DNA of 61,212 nucleotides from Mycoplasmatota bacterium (GTDB lineage Bacteria; Bacillota_I; Bacilli_A; RF39; UBA660): NCBI GenBank assembly GCA_022763805.1, contig JALERC010000009.1, positions 1 to 61,212 of the forward strand, read 5' to 3'. Shown piece by piece: positions 46,120 to 54,998 of this stretch (position 1 is its first letter; each line of letters starts with the position of its first letter). The notes under the pieces were generated by a model. It saw only the letters and a program-made list of their open reading frames with translations, ran no database searches and was not told where the DNA came from. The position numbers and the translations under genes were made by a program.

Positions 46120-48251
46120 AATTCTATTTTTTTATCATATAATCCATAATTTTTAATTTCATATGATAAATTTACAAACGGATTTATAAATTCCTCTATT
46201 TTTTTAGGGTCATTTAATTCTTTTAGATTTATTCCTAATTTCATTAACATATCATGATATGTATAGTTGTTAACATTATTTATGATGTCTACTAGTACAT
46301 TTTTATCTAATTTTCCTAAAACAATATCTTCATGTACTTTTGGAGCTACAACACCACCAACAACATATTTCATTGCCTTACTTGAAGATAATTTTCCTTC
46401 CATATTAATTTTATTAATCTTAACTATTGTTTCTTTATTAAAGAATGTTTTTGATAAATCTAGGTTGTTATCTTTACAATATTCGTACATATAATGTGGT
46501 GTTAAATCTTCATGTTTCATATATGCATTAATTAAGTTATTTTCAAAACTCATTACAGAAGCATAATTATTTACTCTATTATATCTTGTTTTAATTTTAT
46601 GATTAATATTATATCCCTTAGAACATAAGAAATCTTTAACCAATAATTCACATGTCATAGCAACAACCTTATTTAGATAATCTTTGTTTTGATTACCATT
46701 TGTATTTTTTATCATCATCTTTTGTACTACTTGATAAACTATTTCAGATACGTCATTAACATTTCCTTTTAAATCGATTACAGCATTACCTTCATCAAGA
46801 ATATATGATTTTCTATTCTCATTTATTGGCTTATTGTAAAATGTAATTTCTTTATAATCATCTTTCCATTCATTATAAAGTTTTCCAAACTCTGGACTAA
46901 GTGTATTAAAAAATTGTGTTACTAAAGTATCTGTTTCATATTTATTAATTTTAATTGGTGAATAATCTAAATCATTATTTATTGTTTTATTATAATTTTC
47001 TGATATCCATTTACATATTTGATTCATCATTGACGATGTTATTCTATCTAATTCATTTTTGTTATCATTTTCATATTCATAAAGAACAGTATTTAAATTT
47101 ATAAAATTAATGCTTTTTATAAATTCATAAAAATCTAATTCACTTTTTTTATCAATATTATCATACGAATTTAAAATATTTGCATTTCTAACATATTCGT
47201 TATAATAAGCAATATTATTTTTTGAATTGTTAATTTGATTTTGTAAATCAATTCTTCTTCTAGGATTACTTTCTCTAAGTAAATTATCTTCTAATCTATG
47301 AATTTCTCTTATTTTTCTATAATCATCATTTCTAACATATAATATTGTTTTACTTTTTCTACTTGTTAAATTACAATATGCATGTCCATATTCATTACCA
47401 TATAAAATTCTATGATTAAATTCTTGTGGTTGTAAAAATTGATCATGACTTTCAAAACATCCTATTGCTCTATCATCATTATCTCTAACATCCCAGTTAT
47501 CTGTATATACATCTGTATAATTTAAGTATTTCATTACAATATCTTTATTATTACTATATAACACTTCACTAAAGAAATATGGTTTATTACCTAATTTAGT
47601 ATCTTTTACTTGTTCTTTCATTCGTGTAAAGAAATCACATCCCTCTTCAGGAAGAGCTATACTTTTTGCAGCATCAATTCTAAATCCATCAGCACCTAAT
47701 TCTATTAGTTTATTCATGTATCCAAATATCATATCTTGTACTTCATGATCAAATGTATTTAATGAAGGTAGTCCTTTCATACATCCTGTTATAACATCAT
47801 TTCTATTATTCCAATCTCTAATTACTTCAGCATTAAATCCATCAGAATTCCATCCTTTTTGAAGTACATGGTATTTACCATCATAAAATTTTCTCTTTTT
47901 GATGAAATAATTTTGATTTCTCTTAATATATTCATCTACATTGTTATTTAAGTTTAAACCACCATTATTATCACCTGCGACATGATTACATACTATATCT
48001 ACTATTATCTTCATTCCATGTCTATGTGCTTCTTCACATAATCTTTCAAATTCAAAAACATTTCTTGGATTAAAATCACATGGTTGATATGCTAACCACC
48101 AATCATTACCTATCAAGTTTTCTAATGTTGATGGTTGTTTTAGCTTTTGAAATGGAGCTATTAATATAGCATCAAATCCTTGTGTTTTATCATTTATAAC
48201 ATCTCTTGTTATATCATTTAAATCCCAATTAAATTTTTGTATTATTCTCAT
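46110..48251 (-). CDS. GH13 alpha-amylase-family catalytic domain fused to a roughly 400-aa C-terminal region of unknown function
   Basis: 713 aa with no signal peptide. GH13 regions: 'VDIVCNHVAGD', 'GFRIDAAKS', 'FFSEVLY', 'FESHDQ'. Residues from about 300 onward match nothing I recognise. Confidence 0.7.
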   Translation of the reverse strand: MRIIQKFNWDLNDITRDVINDKTQGFDAILIAPFQKLKQPSTLENLIGNDWWLAYQPCDFNPRNVFEFERLCEEAHRHGMKIIVDIVCNHVAGDNNGGLNLNNNVDEYIKRNQNYFIKKRKFYDGKYHVLQKGWNSDGFNAEVIRDWNNRNDVITGCMKGLPSLNTFDHEVQDMIFGYMNKLIELGADGFRIDAAKSIALPEEGCDFFTRMKEQVKDTKLGNKPYFFSEVLYSNNKDIVMKYLNYTDVYTDNWDVRDNDDRAIGCFESHDQFLQPQEFNHRILYGNEYGHAYCNLTSRKSKTILYVRNDDYRKIREIHRLEDNLLRESNPRRRIDLQNQINNSKNNIAYYNEYVRNANILNSYDNIDKKSELDFYEFIKSINFINLNTVLYEYENDNKNELDRITSSMMNQICKWISENYNKTINNDLDYSPIKINKYETDTLVTQFFNTLSPEFGKLYNEWKDDYKEITFYNKPINENRKSYILDEGNAVIDLKGNVNDVSEIVYQVVQKMMIKNTNGNQNKDYLNKVVAMTCELLVKDFLCSKGYNINHKIKTRYNRVNNYASVMSFENNLINAYMKHEDLTPHYMYEYCKDNNLDLSKTFFNKETIVKINKINMEGKLSSSKAMKYVVGGVVAPKVHEDIVLGKLDKNVLVDIINNVNNYTYHDMLMKLGINLKELNDPKKIEEFINPFVNLSYEIKNYGLYDKKIELKR

Positions 48252-48368
48252 TATATTACTCCCTTTACACTATTTATTATACTACAAAATATTTATTTGA
48301 CAAATTATTATATATAATTTATAATTTTAATAGTTTTTAAAGATCATTAAATGATTAGGAGTTGTTTA

Positions 48369-48809
48369 ATGAAAGAAATTTTAACTTATGAAGGCTATCA
48401 AAAATTATCTAAAAAACCTGAATATCTAAAACTTGTTCGAAGACAAGAACTAGCGGAACACTTAAAGTTTGCTACTGATTTAGGAGATTTAAGAGAAAAT
48501 GCAGAGTATGATGCAGCACTTATGGAATATGAAGAAGTTGAAAGTACAATATACAAATTGGAAAAATGTTTATCTAATTGTACAGTAGTAAATAATAATG
48601 ATAAAAATTTAGTTTCAATTGGTAGCATTGTTTCTATTAAATATGATACGGAATTTGAAGAATATAATATTGTAGGACCTAGTGAAGTAGATCCTTTAAA
48701 TAATAAGATTTCATACAACTCAAAAGTTGGTTCATTATTATTAGGTAAAAAAGTAGGCGACATTATTAATATTGACAGTAGCATAATCGAAATTTTAGAT
48801 ATTAAATAA
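48369..48809 (+). CDS. greA: transcription elongation factor GreA
   Basis: 'LRENAEYDAA' and C-terminal 'SYNSKVGSLLLGKKVGD'. I moved the start to ATG 48369 (AGGAG 7 nt upstream); the track start at 48351 contains that SD. Confidence 0.88.
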   Translation: MKEILTYEGYQKLSKKPEYLKLVRRQELAEHLKFATDLGDLRENAEYDAALMEYEEVESTIYKLEKCLSNCTVVNNNDKNLVSIGSIVSIKYDTEFEEYNIVGPSEVDPLNNKISYNSKVGSLLLGKKVGDIINIDSSIIEILDIK

Positions 48810-48840
48810 AAAAAAATACTATTTTTTAGTATTTTTTTTG
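48808..48840. terminator. bidirectional terminator between greA and the ylbL-like gene
   Basis: A-run, stem ATACTA/TAGTAT with a T5 loop, then a T-run. Confidence 0.55.
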
Positions 48841-49838
48841 TTTTCTTTTAAATATTTAACAGCATCTTCAAAAGTCTTTACTGGAACTATTTTAATTTTA
48901 TAATTATTTTCTTTTTTATATTTCATTGCTTCTTCATAGTTTTCGCCAGCAGGCACAAAGAATAAATCTGCTTTTTGTTTTTCAACTCCAGCCAATTTAT
49001 ATTTAATGCCGCCTATTTCTCCTACTGTTCCATCTGCTTCAATTGTTCCAGTTCCTGCTATTTTCATACCATTAGTTATATCTTCTTTTATTAAATAATT
49101 GTAAATAGTTAATGTTGTCATTAGCCCACCTGATGGGCCAGATTCTTTTTTTCCAAAATTAAATATACATTCTGGATTAGTTTTAATATCAAATGTAGTT
49201 TGTAATACTACTCCGATTTTTCCTTCTTCATTAAGAATAGCGTATCTTGAATATTCTTTATTATTATTAATTACATCTATTGAAATTTTGTCTTTACTTT
49301 TATATTTTTCAACTTCATTTTGTATATCATCTAACGAATTAACATCTACATTATTAATTTTTTTTATTTGGTCACCTATAACCATGTCTGTTTTTGATGT
49401 TTCCATTTTATACATTAAAACTGTATTATAATTATTTACTTCAACTTCTTTTCCTGCTTCTGTATATGCATATAGTAAGGCATTGTCTAAAGAAATATCT
49501 AAGTATAGTTTACTTCTTGTCATTGCCTCATCAATAGTTTCGGTAGTCATTTTAACATCTTCTTCTTTAACAATATCCCAATTTTTGTTTATAAGTGCTA
49601 CTAACATAAGTGGAATTGTTGCTGGCATTTCATTAACATATGCCATATTAAATGAACCTTTTTGCTTATATGAATTTTCTATTTTAACTCTGTCTGTAGT
49701 TTCAAGTAGTCCTCCTGTTGATTCTATATAATATGGAAATTGATATGTTGCAATTAGTATTGTTATAACAAAAATTATAATGTCTTTAAAATTTTCTTTT
49801 ATAATATTTTTTATTTTATCATATGTTTTATTAGACAT
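48819..49838 (-). CDS. ylbL: YlbL/SepM-family PDZ + Lon-like serine protease
   Basis: 339 aa with an N-terminal TM, PDZ 'GDQIKKINNVDVNSLDDI', and Lon-type 'ESGPSGGLMTTL' and 'GTGTIEADGTVGEIGGIKYK'. Confidence 0.78.
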   Translation of the reverse strand: MSNKTYDKIKNIIKENFKDIIIFVITILIATYQFPYYIESTGGLLETTDRVKIENSYKQKGSFNMAYVNEMPATIPLMLVALINKNWDIVKEEDVKMTTETIDEAMTRSKLYLDISLDNALLYAYTEAGKEVEVNNYNTVLMYKMETSKTDMVIGDQIKKINNVDVNSLDDIQNEVEKYKSKDKISIDVINNNKEYSRYAILNEEGKIGVVLQTTFDIKTNPECIFNFGKKESGPSGGLMTTLTIYNYLIKEDITNGMKIAGTGTIEADGTVGEIGGIKYKLAGVEKQKADLFFVPAGENYEEAMKYKKENNYKIKIVPVKTFEDAVKYLKENKKNTKK

Positions 49839-49870
49839 AAAAACTCCTTTCTAGAAAAACAGGTGATATT

Positions 49871-50827
49871 TTGAAAAAGAATTTATTTATAATATATCTT
49901 CTTTTAATATTATGTGGTGAAATTATTTTTAAATCCAAAATTATTATGAATTGTGTATTATATTCTTTTGATATTTGGAAAAATAATATTATTCCAGCTT
50001 TATTTCCTGTTTTTATTATTTCTGATTTACTTATTAATTACGGCTTTGTTGAACTTATTAGTGAAGTTTTTAAGCCTTTAATGTATTTCTTATTTAGAAG
50101 TTCTAAATCCTCATCTTTTGTTTTTATTATGAGCATTATTAGTGGAATTCCTTCGAATGCTAAATATATTCTTGATTTATATAATAAAGGATTAATTGAC
50201 TCTTATGAAGGTTCTAAGATACTTATGTTTACGCATTTTTCTAATCCTTTATTTATTCTTGGAACTTTATCTATTAGTTTTCTTAATAACAAAGATGTAG
50301 GATTTTTAATCCTATATGTCCATTATATCACAAATATAATTATTGGAGTACTATTTAGATTTTATCATCCAACAAAAGAAGAATATTCTAAAGTTAATAT
50401 TAAAAAAGTTATTATAGAGATTAGTAAAAAAAATGTTAATTTTATTAATGTATTAATTAATTCATTAATTAAATCTATTAATACTTTACTTCTTATTTTT
50501 GGTATTATTACATTTTTTTTGATAATTACAACTATTATTGATTATAACTTAAATTTTACTATGTATTATCAAAGTATTTTTAATGGTGTTATAGAGATTA
50601 CTCAAGGTCTTAAGTATATAAGTATATTGGATATTCCTCTTAAATTAAAATGTATTCTTTCTACTTTTATTATTTCATTTGGAGGTTTATCTGGTCACAT
50701 GCAAGTAATGGGTATACTTAAGGATACGAATATTAAATATTATCCCTATTTGCTTGCTAGGTTACTTCATGCTATTATTTCATCTATTATAATGAATCTG
50801 ACTTTTGATTTATATTTTAGTATATAA
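49871..50827 (+). CDS. ylbJ: YlbJ-like sporulation integral membrane protein (nucleoside-recognition/Gate domains)
   Basis: 318 aa with a TTG start. 'IIPALFPVFIISDLLINYG', 'MSIISGIPSNAKYILDLY' and 'FTHFSNPLFILG' resemble the YlbJ family. Shorter than Bacillus YlbJ. Confidence 0.62.
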   Translation: MKKNLFIIYLLLILCGEIIFKSKIIMNCVLYSFDIWKNNIIPALFPVFIISDLLINYGFVELISEVFKPLMYFLFRSSKSSSFVFIMSIISGIPSNAKYILDLYNKGLIDSYEGSKILMFTHFSNPLFILGTLSISFLNNKDVGFLILYVHYITNIIIGVLFRFYHPTKEEYSKVNIKKVIIEISKKNVNFINVLINSLIKSINTLLLIFGIITFFLIITTIIDYNLNFTMYYQSIFNGVIEITQGLKYISILDIPLKLKCILSTFIISFGGLSGHMQVMGILKDTNIKYYPYLLARLLHAIISSIIMNLTFDLYFSI

Positions 50828-50850
50828 AAAAGGATTAAGAAATCCTTTTA
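50826..50850. terminator. bidirectional terminator
   Basis: Stem AAAGGATT/AATCCTTT with loop AAGA, flanked by A and T runs. Confidence 0.68.
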
Positions 50851-52416
50851 ATTTGTGATTGATATAATTTTAATTCTTACATAACCATTCCCATTATGTC
50901 CTTTTTCAAAATATCCATTATTAGGATTGATAAATGTATCTTGGCCATTTAATAAATTACAATCAGATAGAGTGTTCTTACAATAACCAGAACCTCCACC
51001 TCCCCCGCCGTAGCGACTACCTCCACCGCCACCGTAGTAGCCGCCTCCGCCGCCACCACCTGCAAAATTAGATGAAGAATATGAGTAAGAAGCACCATTA
51101 CCTCCTAAACCAAGACTACCTGCTGTAGCTACGGTTGTACAATTAGTAGTATAACTTGCTGCAGCACCTCCCCCAGTTTGAGTACCAGCACCACCTAAAT
51201 AAGTATCACTAGAACATTCTCCTATACCACCAGTAGTTCCACCACCAAAACCACCATAACAAGAAAATGAACTATCGTTTCTGCTACCACCACCAGCACC
51301 ACCGCCAGCAACAATGATTCTATCTGTAAATGCTTTTCCATTTAATCTAATATCTGATGCTCCGCCACCAGATCCTGCAATAGAAATATCCCCAGAACCA
51401 GATTTACCACCACCGTTAAATCCGCCATTTTGATTGTTTCCAGTTAAACCTTCTCCACCTACATAAATATAAGCAACATCATCTTTGGTTAATAAAGCAG
51501 TAGCACTAGTATAGCCACCAAATCCTTTCATACGATCAGTTCCACCGCCTGATGCTCCCCATGTTTCTATTTGATATACACCTGTTACAGGAATAGTTAA
51601 TTTTTGACTATCTCCGGTATATTTAAAATCATATGTAGGTTTGAGTGTAGTTACTGTTCTCGTTGTTTCGTAAACGACACCACCATAAGGATCTTTATAT
51701 CGGTATCTAATAGTATATACACCATTTTCTTCATTTAGAACATTACCTATTACTTCAACACTAGGATCATTTAATGTAGTTGTTTTAGATTCTGTATCAT
51801 ACAAATAATATCCTGGATCATTATATTTCATACCCACAAATGAAATATCATTTTCATTACCTATTAATGTAATTATTTTTTTAGTATTAGGTATATCTAC
51901 TACTTTTAACCCAGAAATTGAACATTCTTTACTATTGTATTGATATACAACATTTATACCAAAATCCTCACCTTCAAAATTTTTATTATATATAGGAATA
52001 TTTAATCTTAATATACCATCATATTTAATATTATTGTCAGATGTTGCAACTGTATTTGCTGTCATTTGAATATTACCAAATGATGAACCATTTATTAATT
52101 TTTCTTTAAATGAACCATAAGTTATAATATTAGTTTTTCTATCATAATTTAACTGTTTATCAGTTCCATCTTTAAAAAGAAATCTAGCACATGTATCACC
52201 ACATTTTACAGCTACATAAACTTTTTTTGTTCTGAAATCATAATTAATTTTTTCACTTAATAATGCTTGTTGAGTAAGAACATTCGTCCTTATTCCTGAG
52301 TCAGAATATATATTTTTAAGTACTATTATTATTTCTAATAAAAAATATGTTATTACGGATACAAGAGTAAAAGTAACAATTAATTCAACTGTCGTAAACC
52401 CATTTTTTTTAGTCAT
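50848..52416 (-). CDS. giant modular type IV prepilin: pilin N-terminus + Ig-like (DUF5011-like) module + glycine-rich domain
   Basis: Leader 'MTKKNG|FTTVELIVTFTLVSV' (Glu+5). Middle segment 'ITLIGNENDISFVGMKYNDPGYYLYD...VEVIGNV...GVYTIRYRYKDPYGG...RTVTT'. C-terminus 'IETWGASGGG...GGFNGGGKSG...AGGGAGGG...GGGGGGGYYGGGGGSRYGGGGGGSGYC'. I placed the start at ATG 52416 (AAGGTGA 8 nt upstream); the track start includes the SD. Confidence 0.75.
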   Translation of the reverse strand: MTKKNGFTTVELIVTFTLVSVITYFLLEIIIVLKNIYSDSGIRTNVLTQQALLSEKINYDFRTKKVYVAVKCGDTCARFLFKDGTDKQLNYDRKTNIITYGSFKEKLINGSSFGNIQMTANTVATSDNNIKYDGILRLNIPIYNKNFEGEDFGINVVYQYNSKECSISGLKVVDIPNTKKIITLIGNENDISFVGMKYNDPGYYLYDTESKTTTLNDPSVEVIGNVLNEENGVYTIRYRYKDPYGGVVYETTRTVTTLKPTYDFKYTGDSQKLTIPVTGVYQIETWGASGGGTDRMKGFGGYTSATALLTKDDVAYIYVGGEGLTGNNQNGGFNGGGKSGSGDISIAGSGGGASDIRLNGKAFTDRIIVAGGGAGGGSRNDSSFSCYGGFGGGTTGGIGECSSDTYLGGAGTQTGGGAAASYTTNCTTVATAGSLGLGGNGASYSYSSSNFAGGGGGGGYYGGGGGSRYGGGGGGSGYCKNTLSDCNLLNGQDTFINPNNGYFEKGHNGNGYVRIKIISITN

Positions 52417-53380
52417 ATACATTTTCACCTTCTAATCCATAATATAAATTAACTGTTTCATTATTTTTAGTCATTACAACTTTTTGTTTAGTAGAATAAA
52501 TAAATTCTCTGTTTGCAATAGTTTTAATATAATTATCAATATAAATAGTATCTCCACAATATCTATTTAATACAACAGGTTCAGAAAGTGAAGTTGTTGT
52601 TCCTTTTTCATAATAATTAATTGTTAATGTACTTGCATATTTATCATAAAAAATGGTAGCGGTATTTAGTGTTTCATCTAAAGATAAACTAAATTCAGAT
52701 TTATTTTTTCCAGTATAATAAATACATGAATTAGTAGAATCAACAAATTCTGATACATCAATAACTGTTCCACATCCCGAACGACCTCTTGATGGATCCA
52801 AAATATCTTCTTTAGTACTATTTAATTTATGAAATATTGTATAATTTTTTTCTAAATATGGTGTACATGAATCAGATATAATTAACTTATATTTATTACC
52901 TGATAATACTTTTAATGTTCCGTATGTGTTATCATCAAATTTTGCGATTAATCTATATCCATCATCACTATTAAAATCTATTGAATCAATAAATTCTTGT
53001 GTATTATTATCAAATATTTTTTTGTCTTTTATATATTGTAAGTTTTGTTGAGTTAAATATAGTTTTTTAATATTAAGATTTTGCATTAATTCATTACAAT
53101 AATTTTGATCTTTAAAGTATACACTTTGACATTTATTTAATTCTAAAAAATCTTTGTTAAATAAAGAATTAGCCATTAATACATAATTTTCACTTTCGAT
53201 ATATTTTTTTACATTATTAAGGGCATATATATTGTTTATTGTATTATATTTAAAACTTCTTTCATAACTTCTCATAACATTTTTAAATTGAACATACATG
53301 AAAAGTAAAACCGTAATCAGCAGTGTTGCAACTATTAAAGTTTCTGTTAGCATAAACCCTCTATTATCCTTTTTTTTCAC
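52409..53380 (-). CDS. large type IV prepilin-like protein with MucBP-like C-terminal repeats
   Basis: 323 aa with leader 'MKKKDNRG|FMLTETLIVATLLITVLL' (Glu+5). C-terminus 'TLTINYYEKGTTTSLSEPVVL...ETVNLYYG'. GTG start with AAGGAAGGGG SD. Confidence 0.72.
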   Translation of the reverse strand: MKKKDNRGFMLTETLIVATLLITVLLFMYVQFKNVMRSYERSFKYNTINNIYALNNVKKYIESENYVLMANSLFNKDFLELNKCQSVYFKDQNYCNELMQNLNIKKLYLTQQNLQYIKDKKIFDNNTQEFIDSIDFNSDDGYRLIAKFDDNTYGTLKVLSGNKYKLIISDSCTPYLEKNYTIFHKLNSTKEDILDPSRGRSGCGTVIDVSEFVDSTNSCIYYTGKNKSEFSLSLDETLNTATIFYDKYASTLTINYYEKGTTTSLSEPVVLNRYCGDTIYIDNYIKTIANREFIYSTKQKVVMTKNNETVNLYYGLEGENVYD

Positions 53381-53465
53381 GATTTTTCCCCTTCCTTATT
53401 GTTTTTAATCTAAATATATTATATAATAACTTTAGGATAAATGCTAGTCCAAAGTTTAAAAGGGG

Positions 53466-54941
53466 ATGAAATATACAATGCTAAAGACATTTGATTTTGA
53501 AAAAATGCCTATCGTAGAAATAGTTAATGATATACTAGTTGATTCTGCTAAAAGAGGGGCGTCGGATATCCATTTCGATCCACAAACTGAATTTATGAAA
53601 ATTAGAATTCGTATAGACGGTGCTCTTGAAGATTATGCAGAAATTCCTAATGCTGTTAAGAAAAACTTAACAACTCGTATCAAAATTATTAGTGGTATGA
53701 ATATTACTGAATCAAGACTTCCACAAGATGGTGCTATTAAAGCAACATTAAAAGACATGGACTTAGACCTCCGTGTATCTGTATTACCTATAAGTGGTGG
53801 AGAAAAAATAGTTATTCGTATCCTTGACTATACAAGAAGTTTAGCAGGTCTAGAACAATTAGATTTCAGTGAAGAAAACTTTAAGAAAGTTTTACATATG
53901 ATTAATGTACCAAATGGTATAGTGCTTATTACAGGAGCTACTGGTAGTGGTAAATCGACTACAGTATATTCTATTCTTCAAAGACTTAATAAAGAAGAAA
54001 CTAATATCATAACTGTTGAAGACCCAGTTGAAATGGATGTTGAAGGAATTAACCAAGTTCAAACAAATAGTGAAATTGGACTTACATTTGCTGCGGCACT
54101 ACGTTCTATATTACGTCAAGACCCTAATATAATAATGATTGGGGAAATTCGTGATACCGAAACAGCTAAAATTGCCGTTCGTGCTTCTATTACTGGTCAC
54201 TTAGTTTTATCAACACTACATACAAATACAGCTCTAAATACAATTGAACGTTTACTTGACATGGAAGTTGAAAGATACTTACTTTCAAGTGCTTTAACAG
54301 GGATTATATCACAAAAACTTGCTCGTAGATTATGTCCTAAATGTAAAAAATTAAGAGCAACTAATGAATATGAAAAAACACTATTTAAAAATGTTTTAGG
54401 ACACGATGTTAACCAAGTATATGCTGCAGAAGGCTGTGAAGAATGCGGTAACGGATATAAAGGACGTATAGCTATTCATGAAGTGTTGTTAATAAATGAA
54501 GAAATTAGAGATGCATTAAGTAATGGTATTTCAAAAGAAGCATTACGTGATTTAGTATATAACACAGGTGCTATTACAATGCTTCAAGATGGCTTACAAA
54601 AAGTTGAAGATGGACATTCGACAGTAGAAGAAATTCTTAAACTTATTGAATTAGATGATGATAACTTAAATAAGAAAAGTAAAGATTCAGAATTACGTGC
54701 TCAATTAGAAGCAAGTAAAAAAACAAAAGATAATGATAGTGTTAAAGAAGAATTATCTGGTAAAGATCTTAAAATTGAAATGCCAGTAAAAAAACAAGTT
54801 GAAGAAGAACCTGTATCTGATACGTTGACTTTAAACGATAATTCGGAAGAAAGTTTATCAATTGAAGAACCTGAAAGTTTATCGATTGAGGAACCAGAAT
54901 CATTAAGTTTTGGTGAAGAAATAGAAAAATTAGAATTTTAA
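53466..54941 (+). CDS. pilB: type IV pilus/competence assembly ATPase (GspE/PilB/ComGA family) with acidic repeat tail
   Basis: Walker A 'GATGSGKST', 'ITVEDPVE', 'IMIGEIRD' and 'LVLSTLHTN', plus tetracysteine 'CPKC...CEEC'. The last 90 aa or so are D/E/K/S-rich. An alternative start at ATG 53478 is possible. Confidence 0.88.
   Translation: MKYTMLKTFDFEKMPIVEIVNDILVDSAKRGASDIHFDPQTEFMKIRIRIDGALEDYAEIPNAVKKNLTTRIKIISGMNITESRLPQDGAIKATLKDMDLDLRVSVLPISGGEKIVIRILDYTRSLAGLEQLDFSEENFKKVLHMINVPNGIVLITGATGSGKSTTVYSILQRLNKEETNIITVEDPVEMDVEGINQVQTNSEIGLTFAAALRSILRQDPNIIMIGEIRDTETAKIAVRASITGHLVLSTLHTNTALNTIERLLDMEVERYLLSSALTGIISQKLARRLCPKCKKLRATNEYEKTLFKNVLGHDVNQVYAAEGCEECGNGYKGRIAIHEVLLINEEIRDALSNGISKEALRDLVYNTGAITMLQDGLQKVEDGHSTVEEILKLIELDDDNLNKKSKDSELRAQLEASKKTKDNDSVKEELSGKDLKIEMPVKKQVEEEPVSDTLTLNDNSEESLSIEEPESLSIEEPESLSFGEEIEKLEF
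54849..54920 (+). repeat. 24-nt in-frame tandem repeat (about 3 units) in the pilB tail
   Basis: GAAAGTTTATCAATTGAAGAACCT / GAAAGTTTATCGATTGAGGAACCA / GAATCATTAAGTTTTGGTGAAGAA encode ESLSIEEP ESLSIEEP ESLSFGEE. Confidence 0.85.
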
Positions 54942-54967
54942 AAGTAGTAATTATACTACTTTTTTTT
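54940..54967 (+). terminator. rho-independent terminator after pilB
   Basis: Stem AGTAGTA/TACTACT with loop ATTA, then T7. Confidence 0.72.
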
Positions 54968-54998
54968 ATAAAAAAACTACTTAATGAATAAGTAGTTT
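54968..54998 (-). terminator. rho-independent terminator after pilD
   Basis: Stem AAACTACTTA/TAAGTAGTTT with loop ATGAA, followed on the minus strand by a T-run. Overlaps the pilD stop. Confidence 0.65.

Noticed and set aside
48398-48784. 128-aa minus-strand ORF inside greA
   Set aside because: It is an antisense shadow of a conserved gene. The same reasoning applies to 1466..1657, 2982..3218, 3874..4077, 10923..11171, 16414..16908, 21720..21950, 25579..25884, 26550..26759, 27550..27774, 28438..28737, 28885..29109, 29149..29346, 29958..30254, 31306..31503, 33602..33805, 36757..37104, 41835..42092, 46267..46494, 49483..49731, 55015..55296, 56084..56383, 57071..57346, 58226..58477, 59001..59270, 59401..59697 and 60793..61002.
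50990-51500. G+C-rich island as horizontally acquired DNA or a simple-sequence repeat
   Set aside because: The G+C enrichment is explained by GGN/GCN codons of a continuous glycine-rich coding region in the same frame as the pilin N-terminus. There is no repeat phasing at the DNA level beyond codon bias.
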